Source: an uncultured Thermoplasmata archaeon (GTDB lineage Archaea > Thermoplasmatota > Thermoplasmata > UBA10834). Taken from it: a stretch of 64,000 bases of DNA. The stretch covers positions 76,358-140,357 of the forward strand of contig CAVRDX010000001.1 in assembly GCA_963719945.1 (NCBI GenBank). The letters run 5' to 3'. Made by a program: the position numbers and the translations under genes. The notes below the pieces were generated by a model. That model did no database searches. It worked only from the letters and a program-made list of their open reading frames with translations, and had not been told where the DNA came from. How positions within the stretch are numbered: position 1 is the first letter of the stretch; every line of letters starts with the position of its first letter. Below are positions 1-10,076 of the stretch, one piece after another.

Positions 1-1
1 C

Positions 2-166
2 ATCAACTTCATAGATGAGCACGATGAGGTGCTGGTCGAGGGCATCGGGGGCAGGATGGGTAGGTCCTACGGTGACATCCCCGGTGTCAGATACAAGGTG
101 ATCAAAGTCAACAACGTCTCTCTAAACGAGCTGGTGAGGGGCAGAAAGGAGAAACCTGTGAGGTGA
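2..166 (+). CDS. rps12: 30S ribosomal protein S12 (uS12), C-terminal fragment; 5' end lies outside the window
   Basis: Frame 2 reads ...[41 protein letters not shown], the conserved uS12 C-terminus. Stop TGA at 164-166. S7 follows 4 nt later, as in archaeal str operons. Confidence 0.9.
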   Translation: MNFIDEHDEVLVEGIGGRMGRSYGDIPGVRYKVIKVNNVSLNELVRGRKEKPVR

Positions 167-170
167 TCAT

Positions 171-899
171 ATGGCAGAAGAAAAGGTACCAGAACAGGCA
201 ACCCAAGCCCCGGAGCCTACTGCATCCCCTGAGGCAGCTGCTGCACCGCTTACTCAACCGCAGAAAGCCGAACAGAAACCAGCAGATAACAAGGCCGTAG
301 AGGCTGATGTGGCCGCGGAGCCGGCGAAACCGATGGCCAGCGTACTCCTCTTCGGCAAGTACGACGCTTCGGTCGTAACCATAAGTGACCCGGGTATGGC
401 GAGGTACATGGATATCTCGCCAATATCCGTGCCACACACTGGTGGAAAGCACACGGCCAAGGCGTTCGGGAAGGCCAAGATGAGCATAGTGGAGCGCCTC
501 ATCAACAACATGATGAGGACCGAGGATTTCACGGGCAAGAAGATGGGGTCCTACAAGGCGGTCGAGGATGCCTTCGCGTCGATCCATGCCAAGACGGGCC
601 AGAACCCGCTCCAGGTACTGGTCGATGCGCTGCTCAACACCGCTCCCAGGGAAGAGGTCACGAGGCTACGGTACGGAGGCATATCAGTTCCGAAGGCCGT
701 CGATGTCGCTCCTGCAAGGAGGGTCGACCTCGCTCTGAGGTATGTGTGTCAGGCTACACTGGAATCCTCGCACGGGAGCAAGACCCCGATAGGTGATTGT
801 CTCGCCAACCAACTACTGCTCGCAGCCAAGAACGACATGAACAGCAGTGCGGTGGCCAAGAAGGAAGAAATCGAAAGGGTGGCTTCGTCCGCTCGCTGA
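171..899 (+). CDS. rps7: 30S ribosomal protein S7 (uS7) with a 54-aa A/P/E/Q-rich N-terminal extension
   Basis: Residues 55-242 (MASVLLFGKYD...SVPHTGGKH...) look like archaeal uS7. GGTGATC Shine-Dalgarno at 162-168 supports ATG 171. Alternative internal start at ATG 333. Confidence 0.9.
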   Translation: MAEEKVPEQATQAPEPTASPEAAAAPLTQPQKAEQKPADNKAVEADVAAEPAKPMASVLLFGKYDASVVTISDPGMARYMDISPISVPHTGGKHTAKAFGKAKMSIVERLINNMMRTEDFTGKKMGSYKAVEDAFASIHAKTGQNPLQVLVDALLNTAPREEVTRLRYGGISVPKAVDVAPARRVDLALRYVCQATLESSHGSKTPIGDCLANQLLLAAKNDMNSSAVAKKEEIERVASSAR

Positions 900-984
900 G
901 TTTGTTTGACAAACCTCTTATCATGCTTTCATGTTCGACGCTTTACTGTCGCATATGAACTAGAACTAGACCCATGGTGATCTT

Positions 985-3183
985 ATGGGAAGAAAAGAAG
1001 ACAATATCCGCAAGGCGCAAGCCCTGATGAGGCAGACCAAATTCATCCGTAACATCGGAACCGCTGCCCACATCGACCACGGAAAGACGACGCTCTCCGA
1101 CAACCTGATCGCTGGATCGGGCATGATGTCCGGGGATCTTGCTGGCAAGCAGCTGCTCCTCGACTTCGATGAGCAGGAGCAGGCCAGAGGGATCACGATC
1201 AACGCCGCGAGCGCGTCGATGGTTTATGATTACAAGGGTCAGGAATACCTGATCAATCTCATCGACACACCTGGTCACGTCGACTTCGGCGGCGATGTCA
1301 CGAGGGCCATGAGGGCCATCGACGGTGTCATCATCCTCGCTTGCGCGGTCGAAGGTGTGATGCCTCAGACGGAGACCGTCATAAGACAGGCAATCAAGGA
1401 GAGGGTTCACCCGATCCTGTTCATCAACAAGGTCGACAGACTGATAAACGAGCTTCAGGTGACGCCCGAGCAGATGCAGGCGCGTCTCGCTGGTATCGTC
1501 AACGAGGTCAACGAGAAGATCAAGAAGCTGTTGCCGCCCGAGCTGAAGGACAAGTGGGCGTTGAAGGTCGAGACTGGCAACGTCATATTCGGCTCCGCTT
1601 ACAACAACTGGGCTATATCCGTGCCCTACATGAAGGCCACTGGTATCAATTTCAAGCAGGTGTACGAGTTCTGCAAGAATGGCGACCAGAAGACCCTTGC
1701 GAAGAAGGCTCCTCTCCATGAGGTCCTGCTCGAGATGGTCATCATACACCTTCCAAACCCCGATGAGGCCCAGAAACTCAGGATACCCATCATTTGGCAC
1801 GGGGACCCAGAGTCTAATTTCGGCAAGGGGATGTTGAACTGCGATCCAGAAGGTCCGGTGGCTCTCATGGTCACAAAGATCATAGTGGATCAGCATGCTG
1901 GTGAGGTCGCAGTCGGCCGTCTCTTCAGTGGGAAGATCCGAAAGGGCCAGGAGCTGCATGTCATAGGCATGCCAGACCCCAACAGGGCCCAGATGGTCTC
2001 GCTCACAGTCGGCGCGGACAGGATCCCTGTCGACGAGCTGGATGCGGGCAACGTCGTCGCGGTATCCGGACTCAAGGATGCGATCGCTGGTTCCACTGTC
2101 TCCAGTGACCCTGAGATGGCGTCTTTCGAGAAGATCGTTCACTACAGCGACCCTGTCGTCACCGTGGCCATAGAGGCCAAGCACACGAAGGATCTGCCTA
2201 AGCTGGTGGATGTACTTCGCACAGTCGCGAAGGCAGACCCGTCGATCCAGGTCGAGATCAACCAGGAGACGGGCGAGCATCTGATGTCTGGCATGGGCGA
2301 ACTGCATCTTGAGATCACTCAGTACAGGATAGTCAACGAGCACAAGGTCGAGATCAAGACCTCACCGCCAATCGTCGTGTTCAGGGAGTGCGTGCTTGGA
2401 ATGGGCGGTCCGTTCGAGGGCAAGTCCCCGAACAAGCACAACAAGTTCTACATCGAGGTCGAACCGCTCTCAGCAGATATCGTCCAGGCCATGCGTTCCG
2501 GCGTCATCGATGTCGAGGGCAAGGTCAAGGACTCGAAGGCGGTCGCGAGGCAGCTCCAGGATCTGGGCATGGATAGGGACGAGGCGAGAGGCATCGTGGC
2601 CTTCCATGGCACCAACATGCTCCTAGACATGACCAAAGGTATCCAGTACCTGCACGAGACGATGGAACTGATAAAAGAAGCGTACATAGAGGCCATGAAC
2701 CGAGGCCCGCTGGCCAACGAGAAGTGCATGGCTGTCAAGATCAAGCTCGTCGATGCCAAGATGCATGAGGACAGCATACACAGGGGCCCGGCCCAGGTCA
2801 TTCCAGCTGCAAGATCCGCTATCTACGGTGCGATGTGCCAGGCTGGCCGTACCCTTTACGAGCCCATGCAGAAGGTCTTCATCAATGTGCCCCAGGACGT
2901 CATGGGTGACGCGATCCGTGAGGTCCAGCAGAGGCGCGGAGTGATTGAGGACATGAAGCAAGAGGGCGAGATGACGATCGTAGCTTCCAAGTGCCCAGTC
3001 TCCGAGATGTTCGGCTTCGCAGCATCCATCAGGGGTGCCACGAGTGGAAGGGCGCTCTGGTCGACTGAGAACGCTGGCTTCGAGCCGATGCCCAAGGACC
3101 CCTTGGACAAGGCCGTGCTGCAGATAAGGCAGAGGAAGGGACTCAAGCCTGAGCCGTACGACGCTGCGTACTACTCGAGCTGA
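985..3183 (+). CDS. fusA: translation elongation factor aEF-2
   Basis: 732 aa. GTPase motifs [21 protein letters not shown]. Diphthamide-site context [11 protein letters not shown]. Sits in the str-operon position after S7. Confidence 0.97.
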   Translation: MGRKEDNIRKAQALMRQTKFIRNIGTAAHIDHGKTTLSDNLIAGSGMMSGDLAGKQLLLDFDEQEQARGITINAASASMVYDYKGQEYLINLIDTPGHVDFGGDVTRAMRAIDGVIILACAVEGVMPQTETVIRQAIKERVHPILFINKVDRLINELQVTPEQMQARLAGIVNEVNEKIKKLLPPELKDKWALKVETGNVIFGSAYNNWAISVPYMKATGINFKQVYEFCKNGDQKTLAKKAPLHEVLLEMVIIHLPNPDEAQKLRIPIIWHGDPESNFGKGMLNCDPEGPVALMVTKIIVDQHAGEVAVGRLFSGKIRKGQELHVIGMPDPNRAQMVSLTVGADRIPVDELDAGNVVAVSGLKDAIAGSTVSSDPEMASFEKIVHYSDPVVTVAIEAKHTKDLPKLVDVLRTVAKADPSIQVEINQETGEHLMSGMGELHLEITQYRIVNEHKVEIKTSPPIVVFRECVLGMGGPFEGKSPNKHNKFYIEVEPLSADIVQAMRSGVIDVEGKVKDSKAVARQLQDLGMDRDEARGIVAFHGTNMLLDMTKGIQYLHETMELIKEAYIEAMNRGPLANEKCMAVKIKLVDAKMHEDSIHRGPAQVIPAARSAIYGAMCQAGRTLYEPMQKVFINVPQDVMGDAIREVQQRRGVIEDMKQEGEMTIVASKCPVSEMFGFAASIRGATSGRALWSTENAGFEPMPKDPLDKAVLQIRQRKGLKPEPYDAAYYSS

Positions 3184-3271
3184 TGGAAGAGCCACAGTCC
3201 AGATTCCCTTTGCAAAAAGACTAATATACCAAGAGCATCATGCTCGAAAAGAAGACAATGGAGGCCATGAT

Positions 3272-4543
3272 ATGGCAGAGAAACCACATATGAACTTGGT
3301 GTTCATCGGACATGTTGACCACGGTAAGTCGACCAGTGTCGGTCGCTTGCTCCTCGACACGGGCCACGTTGAGGCCCACATCATCGAGAAGTACAGGAAG
3401 GAGGCCGAGACGAAGGGCAAGGCGACTTTCGAGTTCGCATGGGTCATGGATGGACTGAAGGAAGAGCGAGAGAGAGGTCTCACCATCGATGTTGCACACA
3501 AGAGGTTCAACACCTCGAAGTACTACTTCACCATAATCGACGCACCTGGACACAGGGACTTCGTGAAGAACATGATCACTGGTACCAGCCAAGCTGACGC
3601 AGCGGTCATCGTCGTGTCGTCGATCGAGGGTCCCCAGGCCCAGACGAAGGAGCACATCTTCCTGGCAAGGACGCTCGGTGTGAACCAGATCGTTATCGAT
3701 ATCAACAAGATGGACGCGGTCAAGTACGATCAGGCGAAGTACGAGGAGACCAAGAAGGCAGTGACCGAGCTTTTGAAGACGGTCGGGTACAAGACGGACG
3801 AGATTCCGTTCATCCCGTGCTCTGGATTCAAGGGCGACAACATTGCATCCGTCTCTGCGAACACTCCTTGGTACAAGGGCCCGACACTCGTTCAGGCACT
3901 CGATGGTCTGAAGCCCCCGGCACAGATGACCGACAAGGCACTCAGACTCCCAGTGCAGGATGTCTACAGCATCACTGGTGTAGGAACCGTTCCAGTGGGC
4001 AGGGTCGAGACCGGCGTGCTCAAGCCAGACATGAAGATCATCTTCATGCCATCGAACAAGGTCGGAGAAGTCAAGTCGATCGAGATGCACCATGAGATGC
4101 TCACACAGGCTTTGCCTGGTGACAATGTCGGATTCAACTGCAGAGGCATCGCCAAGACCGATATCAAGAGGGGAGATGTCGCTGGTCCAGTAGACAACCC
4201 ACCGACGGTCGCGAAGACCTTCACCGCGCAGATAATGGTCCTGAACCACCCGAGCGTGATCACTGTCGGATACACACCAGTGTTCCACATGCACACAGCT
4301 CAGGTAGCGTGCACATTCCTTGAGCTCCAGAAGAAGCTCGACCCGAGGACGGGCGCTGTCAAGGAAGAGAACCCGCAGTTCCTCAAGACCGGTGACGCGG
4401 CGATCGTGAAGATCCAGCCGTCCAAGCCACTGGCGATTGAGAAGGCGAAGGACTTCCCGCAGCTCGGCAGGTTCGCGGTCAGAGACATGGGCCAGACCGT
4501 CGCGGCTGGCATGGTCGTGGATGTCGAAAAGAAGGAGATGTAA
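3272..4543 (+). CDS. tuf: translation elongation factor aEF-1alpha
   Basis: 423 aa. [21 protein letters not shown] motifs. Follows EF-2. Confidence 0.97.
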   Translation: MAEKPHMNLVFIGHVDHGKSTSVGRLLLDTGHVEAHIIEKYRKEAETKGKATFEFAWVMDGLKEERERGLTIDVAHKRFNTSKYYFTIIDAPGHRDFVKNMITGTSQADAAVIVVSSIEGPQAQTKEHIFLARTLGVNQIVIDINKMDAVKYDQAKYEETKKAVTELLKTVGYKTDEIPFIPCSGFKGDNIASVSANTPWYKGPTLVQALDGLKPPAQMTDKALRLPVQDVYSITGVGTVPVGRVETGVLKPDMKIIFMPSNKVGEVKSIEMHHEMLTQALPGDNVGFNCRGIAKTDIKRGDVAGPVDNPPTVAKTFTAQIMVLNHPSVITVGYTPVFHMHTAQVACTFLELQKKLDPRTGAVKEENPQFLKTGDAAIVKIQPSKPLAIEKAKDFPQLGRFAVRDMGQTVAAGMVVDVEKKEM

Positions 4544-4594
4544 AACCCTTAAAACCCCCTTTCTCTTATGTTTTTCATGTGAGGTTTTGTTGAT

Positions 4595-4906
4595 ATGTCT
4601 CAAAGAGCCCGGATTTCTCTTAGCGGAACAGACCCCAAGAAGGTCGATAGCGTCTGTAAGCAGATCAAGATGATAAGCGAAAAGACAGGCGTGGACATAT
4701 CCGGACCTATACCTCTCCCGACAAAGAGGTTGCTCGTGCCCGTGCGCAAGAGCCCCGATGGTGAGGGTTCCGAGACATGGGACCGATGGGAGATGCGCGT
4801 ACACAAGCGCCTGATCGATCTTGACGCGGACGAGCGTGCCCTCAGGCAGCTCATGAGGATACAGGTTCCAGACGGCGTCAACATCGAGATAGTGCTGCGC
4901 TCCTGA
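4595..4906 (+). CDS. rps10: 30S ribosomal protein S10 (uS10)
   Basis: 103 aa, [24 protein letters not shown]...HKRLIDL... is typical of uS10. Conserved position after EF-1alpha. Confidence 0.93.
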   Translation: MSQRARISLSGTDPKKVDSVCKQIKMISEKTGVDISGPIPLPTKRLLVPVRKSPDGEGSETWDRWEMRVHKRLIDLDADERALRQLMRIQVPDGVNIEIVLRS

Positions 4907-5207
4907 ATTCTCTGTGCGTGATTTAAGCGCATATTGAATCAACAAATTCTTCGATTTGAATTGTTTCAGGGCATATCTTGAATCGCTCGCGACATCCTAT
5001 TCGCGCGCTCTTTTCTATCGTTTTCCTTTGATGCAGTTGTCTCGGATGATTTTCAGGCACGAGACTCAACGGACAACTTATTTGACATCGTCGTTGACAT
5101 AACAAGTCGTTCACGCGTTTATCCGGACCGAGGGTGGTTCGAGAAGGGGTTCTGAGATCCCGCGATGCATTCCGGAAGCTGCGTGGTCAAGACGAAGGAG
5201 TACTACC

Positions 5208-7241
5208 ATGGGGGCAGAACGAGCAGAGGATGGGGCCGGGTCTCACAACCATCCGTCAGGGGACCATCATGCGACGTTTCGATTCTTGGTGGAGAATTCC
5301 AGGGATGTCATATTCAGGCATCTGGCGGTCCCCGAACCCCGGACGATATACATCAACCCTTCATGCCAAACGTTGCTAGGCCATTCCCCGAAGGATTTCC
5401 ATGCCAACCCGAACCTTCTTCCGAGCCTGTTTCATCCCGATGACTTGCCGATATTCCATGGCCTCCTCGATGGCAGTGTGCCGCATACCGAGCCCGCTGT
5501 TGCCCGTATGATGCGAAAAGACGGTTCCGTCCTATGGACGGAGCATAGCGCAATCCCTCTGAGGTCCGAAGACGGTCAGATCGTGGGGATCGACAGCTTC
5601 TGCCGTGATATCTCTGAGCGGATGCGTTCGTCGCAGGAAGTGATCGCACGCGGTAGGATGATCGAGGATCTTCTCCAGAGGACCAAGAATCTGATTGAGA
5701 GCGCTCCCATGGCCATAATCGAGCTGGATTCGGATCTTAGGATAATCAACCATAATTCACACCTTTTACAGTATATGTCTCCAGGGGGACCTGATAGTGG
5801 CGTCATAGGAAAGCCGTTCATGGATGTCTTCCAGGCCGCGGATACTGGGTCATTGATGGATATGGTCGAATCGTGCCGTGTCACGAAGGGATCCACACAC
5901 AACAGGTTCCTTCCGATCAGAATAGTTGCCGATGACCAACCCGCAAAGGCTATGGTGTATGATGTCAGCATAGCACCCCTGATTGCTCCGGACCGCTCTG
6001 TCTCAAGCATCTTGGTGATGATGAGGGACATGTCCGAACTGGGGGAACTCGATAGGGAACGCTCATCGATGACCGACCTGCTATGGGTGATGTCCTCCGT
6101 GGAGAACATGCAGGAACTCCTGGACAATGCCATCCGCGTGCTGACGACCTCGTTCGGTGCCGATGCCGGCATGATATTCTTGATGGACTCCGACTTTGGC
6201 AGGTTGTTCCTCGAATCCAAGTTCGGTCCGCTCGAAGGCATACCAATATCTCTGGATGATTCCCGCGGAATCGAGTCGACCTCGCTATTTCACTCTCCAG
6301 ACTCTTCTGGTTTTGAATCCGTGGGGTGTGCTGGGTCGCCTCTCGTGTCGGAGGTCATACAGTCCTCAGGCATGTCCTCTGGGATATGGGCGCGAATGAC
6401 TTCAGGGCCACATGTGCTTGGATATGTTCTGCTGTTGTCCCAGGACCACTCACCGTTCGACGACCAAGCTAAGATATTCTTCAAGATACAGGTGAACACG
6501 CTAGCATATGCTGTCCAGAGGATGCAGATGCTGGGCGAGGCGGAACGAGCAACGGGAGAATCGGCGACCTACCTCGATCTATTGTGCCACGATATAGCAA
6601 ACTACTCCTCGGCATTGATGTCCTTCAGTGAGCTCATCGAGGATAGTGCCGAAGCACCAGATGTAGTCCGGCAGCACGCACAGGATATGAGGAAACAGGT
6701 ACGAGTCATATCCACGATGATTGAGAGGCTGCGCAAGCTGACCGGGGTTAGCCATCAGCCCACTGCTATGGTCGAGGTCGATCTCGCGCAGTCAATCATC
6801 GATCTCATCGCAAGGCAGATGGATGGCGCGGAGGATGACCAAGCGATCTCCATCGATTTCGATCCCGCCACGCCGCATGCCATCGCACTGGCTGATTCAA
6901 AGATTGAGGTGGCCATTGAGAACATACTGGTGAACTCCATCGAGAACACCATCACCGAATCCATAGATGTGACCATATCTTTGACAGAATCTCCTGATCG
7001 ACATGGCTATTTGGAGGTTGTCATAGAGGACAGGGGGACCGGCATTCCAGACGATATCAAGTCAAACCTGCTCAAGCCGTCAAAGGATTACTGGGAGATC
7101 AAGCGCGGTTTTGGCATGGGCCTCTTCATCTCGAAGATGATCATCGAGCGTTCGCGCGGCCAGATATCCATATCCGATCGCGTGCCGGGCGATTGGACAC
7201 AAGGCACAAAGGTTTCGATATTGCTTCTAAGAGGTGGCTAG
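5208..7241 (+). CDS. multi-domain sensor histidine kinase (two PAS-like regions, GAF-like region, HisKA, HATPase_c)
   Basis: 677 aa. PAS-like FRFLVENSRDVIFR... and IESAPMAIIELDSDLRIINHN.... H-box LCHDIANY. ATP-binding G-boxes DRGTGIPDD and GFGMGLFISKMIIE. The response regulator starts at the very next base. Confidence 0.85.
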   Translation: MGAERAEDGAGSHNHPSGDHHATFRFLVENSRDVIFRHLAVPEPRTIYINPSCQTLLGHSPKDFHANPNLLPSLFHPDDLPIFHGLLDGSVPHTEPAVARMMRKDGSVLWTEHSAIPLRSEDGQIVGIDSFCRDISERMRSSQEVIARGRMIEDLLQRTKNLIESAPMAIIELDSDLRIINHNSHLLQYMSPGGPDSGVIGKPFMDVFQAADTGSLMDMVESCRVTKGSTHNRFLPIRIVADDQPAKAMVYDVSIAPLIAPDRSVSSILVMMRDMSELGELDRERSSMTDLLWVMSSVENMQELLDNAIRVLTTSFGADAGMIFLMDSDFGRLFLESKFGPLEGIPISLDDSRGIESTSLFHSPDSSGFESVGCAGSPLVSEVIQSSGMSSGIWARMTSGPHVLGYVLLLSQDHSPFDDQAKIFFKIQVNTLAYAVQRMQMLGEAERATGESATYLDLLCHDIANYSSALMSFSELIEDSAEAPDVVRQHAQDMRKQVRVISTMIERLRKLTGVSHQPTAMVEVDLAQSIIDLIARQMDGAEDDQAISIDFDPATPHAIALADSKIEVAIENILVNSIENTITESIDVTISLTESPDRHGYLEVVIEDRGTGIPDDIKSNLLKPSKDYWEIKRGFGMGLFISKMIIERSRGQISISDRVPGDWTQGTKVSILLLRGG

Positions 7242-8408
7242 TTGCCACCGAGGATACTCATAGTCGATGACGAGAAGCTTATAGTCCAGATACTCAAGGA
7301 CACACTCTCTTTGAAGGGTTTCGACGTGGTGGGGTTCGCTTTCGACGGGGACTCTGCGGTCAAGAAATATTTTGAACTCTCACCCAGACCTGACCTGATC
7401 ATAATGGACCACAGGATGCCGGTCAAGAGTGGCATCGAAGCGATGGATGAGATACTCGCCACTGACCCGTCGGCGAGGGTACTGTTCCTTAGCGCAGATG
7501 CGAGGATTCGCGACATCGCATTGGCCAGGGGTGCCATCGGATTCATCTCGAAACCCTTCGAAGGCTTGGACCTATTACGTGCAATCAAGAACGCTCTCGC
7601 GGAACAGAGGGACAAATCTCTCTCAGGATTCTCTATTCCAAAGGCCGTCAGTTCCTTATTCAAGCAGGGATACGAGTTGGGCGTGGAGGTCGGCTATTAT
7701 GGACACATGGAAACGGTCGGATGGGTCAGCTCAAAACGAAAGGAACTGCTTTCTCTCGCCCAAGGATTGGAGGTCCTGCGAGAATACAATTCGGAATACG
7801 ATAGAGGCAAGGAGGATGGGCGACACAGACGCGTGAAGCCCGAAGTATTGCGCAGAGAGGATCGCGGTGACGGCCACGCGATGTCTGGGGGAGGTGGTGG
7901 CATGGGCACGCGGGCAGAGGCCACCTCTTTCGTTGGGGTAGGCTCGATCTCTGATCCGTCATCTGCTCGACAATTGATATCGGAAGCTCCACTTCTTGTT
8001 CAGGCGGATATTCAAGGACTAGCTTCAATGTTCGTCAGATATCATGATTCGTCTGTCGGGAGCGTGCAGGAACTCTATGCAATGCTCGAATCGATGGTCC
8101 CATTGAGACCGAATGACATCTCTGGAAATGGCAGGGAAATCATTGATCGTGGTCTACAAGCTTTGGTCAGAAGTGGGTGGGCGACTTTCTACTCGGTGGA
8201 CCTGATCGACATGGCTAGCGGAGAGGCCACCATTAGCATCGAATCTGTGTTCGCAAGATGCTGTGGCCGTTTCGACCATACAATATGTAGGTTTCTTGAG
8301 CCGATATTAGGTGAGATGCTTACACGAGCAGTTGGTCGCAAGGCAACTGTTAGGGAGATATCTTGCATTGCTACTGGGTCGAATGCATGCGTATTCTCAA
8401 CCGTATGA
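7242..8408 (+). CDS. response regulator: CheY-like receiver domain plus C-terminal V4R-like domain
   Basis: TTG start directly after the kinase TAG, with GAGGTGG at 7231-7237. REC motifs ILIVDDE, IIMDHRMP, FISKPF. C-terminus ...CCGRFDHTICRFLEPILGEML...VREISCIATGSNACVFS resembles V4R (4-vinyl reductase) domains. Confidence 0.8.
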   Translation: MPPRILIVDDEKLIVQILKDTLSLKGFDVVGFAFDGDSAVKKYFELSPRPDLIIMDHRMPVKSGIEAMDEILATDPSARVLFLSADARIRDIALARGAIGFISKPFEGLDLLRAIKNALAEQRDKSLSGFSIPKAVSSLFKQGYELGVEVGYYGHMETVGWVSSKRKELLSLAQGLEVLREYNSEYDRGKEDGRHRRVKPEVLRREDRGDGHAMSGGGGGMGTRAEATSFVGVGSISDPSSARQLISEAPLLVQADIQGLASMFVRYHDSSVGSVQELYAMLESMVPLRPNDISGNGREIIDRGLQALVRSGWATFYSVDLIDMASGEATISIESVFARCCGRFDHTICRFLEPILGEMLTRAVGRKATVREISCIATGSNACVFSTV

Positions 8409-8474
8409 TTAGACTCCAGTTTTGGTCCGGAAAGGTTTTTAACCAGCATGGTTGATGGGCCCTCCTCTCAGCAA

Positions 8475-8546
8475 GGGCCGATAGATCAGCGGAAGATCGC
8501 CTGCTTTGCAAGCAGGAGGTCAGGGGTTCAAATCCCCTTCGGTCCA
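8475..8546 (+). tRNA. tRNA-Ala (anticodon UGC), CCA not encoded
   Basis: Cloverleaf folded by hand: acceptor GGGCCGA/TCGGTCC with the G3:U70 alanine identity pair, anticodon loop TTTGCAA, T-loop GGTTCAAATCC, discriminator A. Confidence 0.93.
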
Positions 8547-8683
8547 CACCTACGCATAGCCAGACAAATATTCTTTTTTCAACCAGAAGTTTCTGCTCCG
8601 ATTGCGGTTTTGAATGTGCCAGGGAATCCGGATCCCTGAAAAGGTCATTCGACCCATCAATCGCTGCCTGCTCTTTTGCTCGG

Positions 8684-8974
8684 CTAGTATTTCTCCGTGG
8701 TATTCGTGCTATTGTGGTCCATGCCTTTCGATACTAGAGGCGTTGCTGACGCATCCCTATAAATGCATCTCTGTCCAAATGTGCTCCTGAAGTGTTTTGC
8801 TGTGAAGGATATGCCAGATATCGTCCAGCACACCCGTCCGCCGTTCTTGCCTCCATTCATATCGTCAGCAATGCGATAGGTTGATGCAGGACACGCTGCC
8901 CGGCATCCTACCTTCGTACCGCCAGGCTCCTTCCCACAGCTCATGAATTCCCAGCAATTCGACACTGTATCCAT
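8684..8974 (-). CDS. small Cys-rich protein with a two-CW-like N-terminal motif (second half degenerate)
   Basis: 96 aa. NCWEFMSCGKEPGG...CPAS...NGGKNGGRVCW matches my recollection of the two-CW domain signature. The later conserved Cys positions are replaced (GISFTAKHFRSTFGQRCIYRD). Confidence 0.5.
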   Translation of the reverse strand: MDTVSNCWEFMSCGKEPGGTKVGCRAACPASTYRIADDMNGGKNGGRVCWTISGISFTAKHFRSTFGQRCIYRDASATPLVSKGMDHNSTNTTEKY

Positions 8975-9109
8975 GAGGAAAAATGGAAATGAAGAGGTTT
9001 CCTTCGCCGTCTACGAGATTATCCACATTCGGTACATCATGTGATTCAATGGTTCCACATAGTGATGTCGTAGAGGTATCCATAGTCGCCGCCTGCAATG
9101 TCATTGTGG

Positions 9110-9763
9110 CTATGAGCCGCGAGGCTGCCGACAGCAGAGTACGTAGCCATGAGTCATTACATAAGTGTAGAACTCGTACGTATGGCCAGCTATCAGTGTC
9201 ACCGTGAACTTGACTTCTCCATACTTGTATGTGTCTTGATAGAAGCAGATACCCATGGTAACTGACGAGCCATAGATCTTGGTACCCTGATCGCCGTTTA
9301 ATTTCCACGCATCGGCTGTTTTGTCATAGAGATTTCCATAAACATAACACGAATAGTCTGCTCTCGAACTTCCTACTCCAAATGTCGTTTCAGCATCCAC
9401 AACGTAGTTGACAAGCCAGTGATACGCTATGGTCCTTGTTCCACCAGTAGCTTCGGTATAGGTAATCCCCCTGAAGCCGGCCTTCGCATCTACTTGGGAA
9501 ATTCCTGCAAATGCGGTAACTGCACTAGTGTCAACATACGCGTAGCCAGTGCTCGGTACAGCATACGGATTAGTGTAAACATCAACATGGCCGGCTAAAC
9601 TCGAGGATTGCACAAGACTAGCAATCTGCACGCCATTATAGTACGATGGCCTCCAATACTTGGGCCATGGTAATGGCACACCTGCAATCACTGGCGCGGA
9701 TATAGACACAACAAATAGCAGAACGACCACACAGCTCATTGCAGCTAGAACTCTCCTTTGCAT
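9110..9763 (-). CDS. secreted hypothetical protein (signal peptide, beta-rich)
   Basis: ATG 9763 is preceded by GAGGAGGAGGTGA. N-terminus MQRRVLAAMSCVVVLLFVVSISAPVIAG looks like a signal peptide. No recognisable family. Confidence 0.6.
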   Translation of the reverse strand: MQRRVLAAMSCVVVLLFVVSISAPVIAGVPLPWPKYWRPSYYNGVQIASLVQSSSLAGHVDVYTNPYAVPSTGYAYVDTSAVTAFAGISQVDAKAGFRGITYTEATGGTRTIAYHWLVNYVVDAETTFGVGSSRADYSCYVYGNLYDKTADAWKLNGDQGTKIYGSSVTMGICFYQDTYKYGEVKFTVTLIAGHTYEFYTYVMTHGYVLCCRQPRGS

Positions 9764-9916
9764 TATTTCACCTCCTCCTCGAACCACTTTTGAGGCACGT
9801 ATATAATGCGCTTGATGCGCTATTTATTCGTTTCTGGAGCACCTCCCCTGTGAGTGAATCTACATTTTACTGGAGGAAAAAGGTTCGGAGAGGAGCGATG
9901 ATCCCTCCAAAAGAAT

Positions 9917-9999
9917 AACGGATTTGCTTTTTTTCAATCCGTCTCCTCGGCGAAGATGTCCTAACAATGGCATCTTGGGGTGCGAGCCCTCACAGGGTC
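9917..9999 (+). repeat. copy 1 of a structured intergenic repeat family (hairpin AAGATGTC/GGCATCTT at 9953-9976)
   Basis: Aligns with 10905-11012 and 14503-14567 through shared blocks ATTTGC, CTCGGCGAAG and GGTGCGA, plus the ending CACAGGGTC, which only copy 2 also has. Looks like copy 2 with an internal deletion. Confidence 0.7.
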
Positions 10000-10076
10000 A
10001 TCAATGACGAGAATAGGCTCATAATCAATAGAAAGGTCCTTAACCTCGTTATGCTGATTTGGGTATGGAGGAAACA

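Noticed and set aside
943-2343. 466-aa ORF antisense to EF-2. Similar long antisense or off-frame ORFs: 3221-4945, 5576-6241, 26992-27876, 29180-30484, 35304-35993, 36335-36991, 42555-43397, 55001-55657, 59182-59793.
   Set aside because: Each lies entirely inside a confidently identified conserved gene on the other strand or in another frame. Their translations are Arg/Leu/His-rich and low in information, as expected for shadow ORFs in GC-rich coding DNA.
4907-5207. 300-nt spacer after rps10, checked for tRNA, C/D-box or other ncRNA signatures
   Set aside because: It holds only weak short hairpins and T-runs. I found no C/D box pair (RUGAUGA/CUGA) at appropriate spacing and no cloverleaf.
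8865-9308. 147-aa ORF bridging the secreted-protein gene and the two-CW gene. I considered that all three might be one gene with two frameshifts.
   Set aside because: A fused product would place the normally N-terminal two-CW module at the C-terminus of a secreted protein. The bridging frame also overlaps the two-CW gene by more than 100 nt with shadow-like sequence. I treated the two outer ORFs as separate genes.
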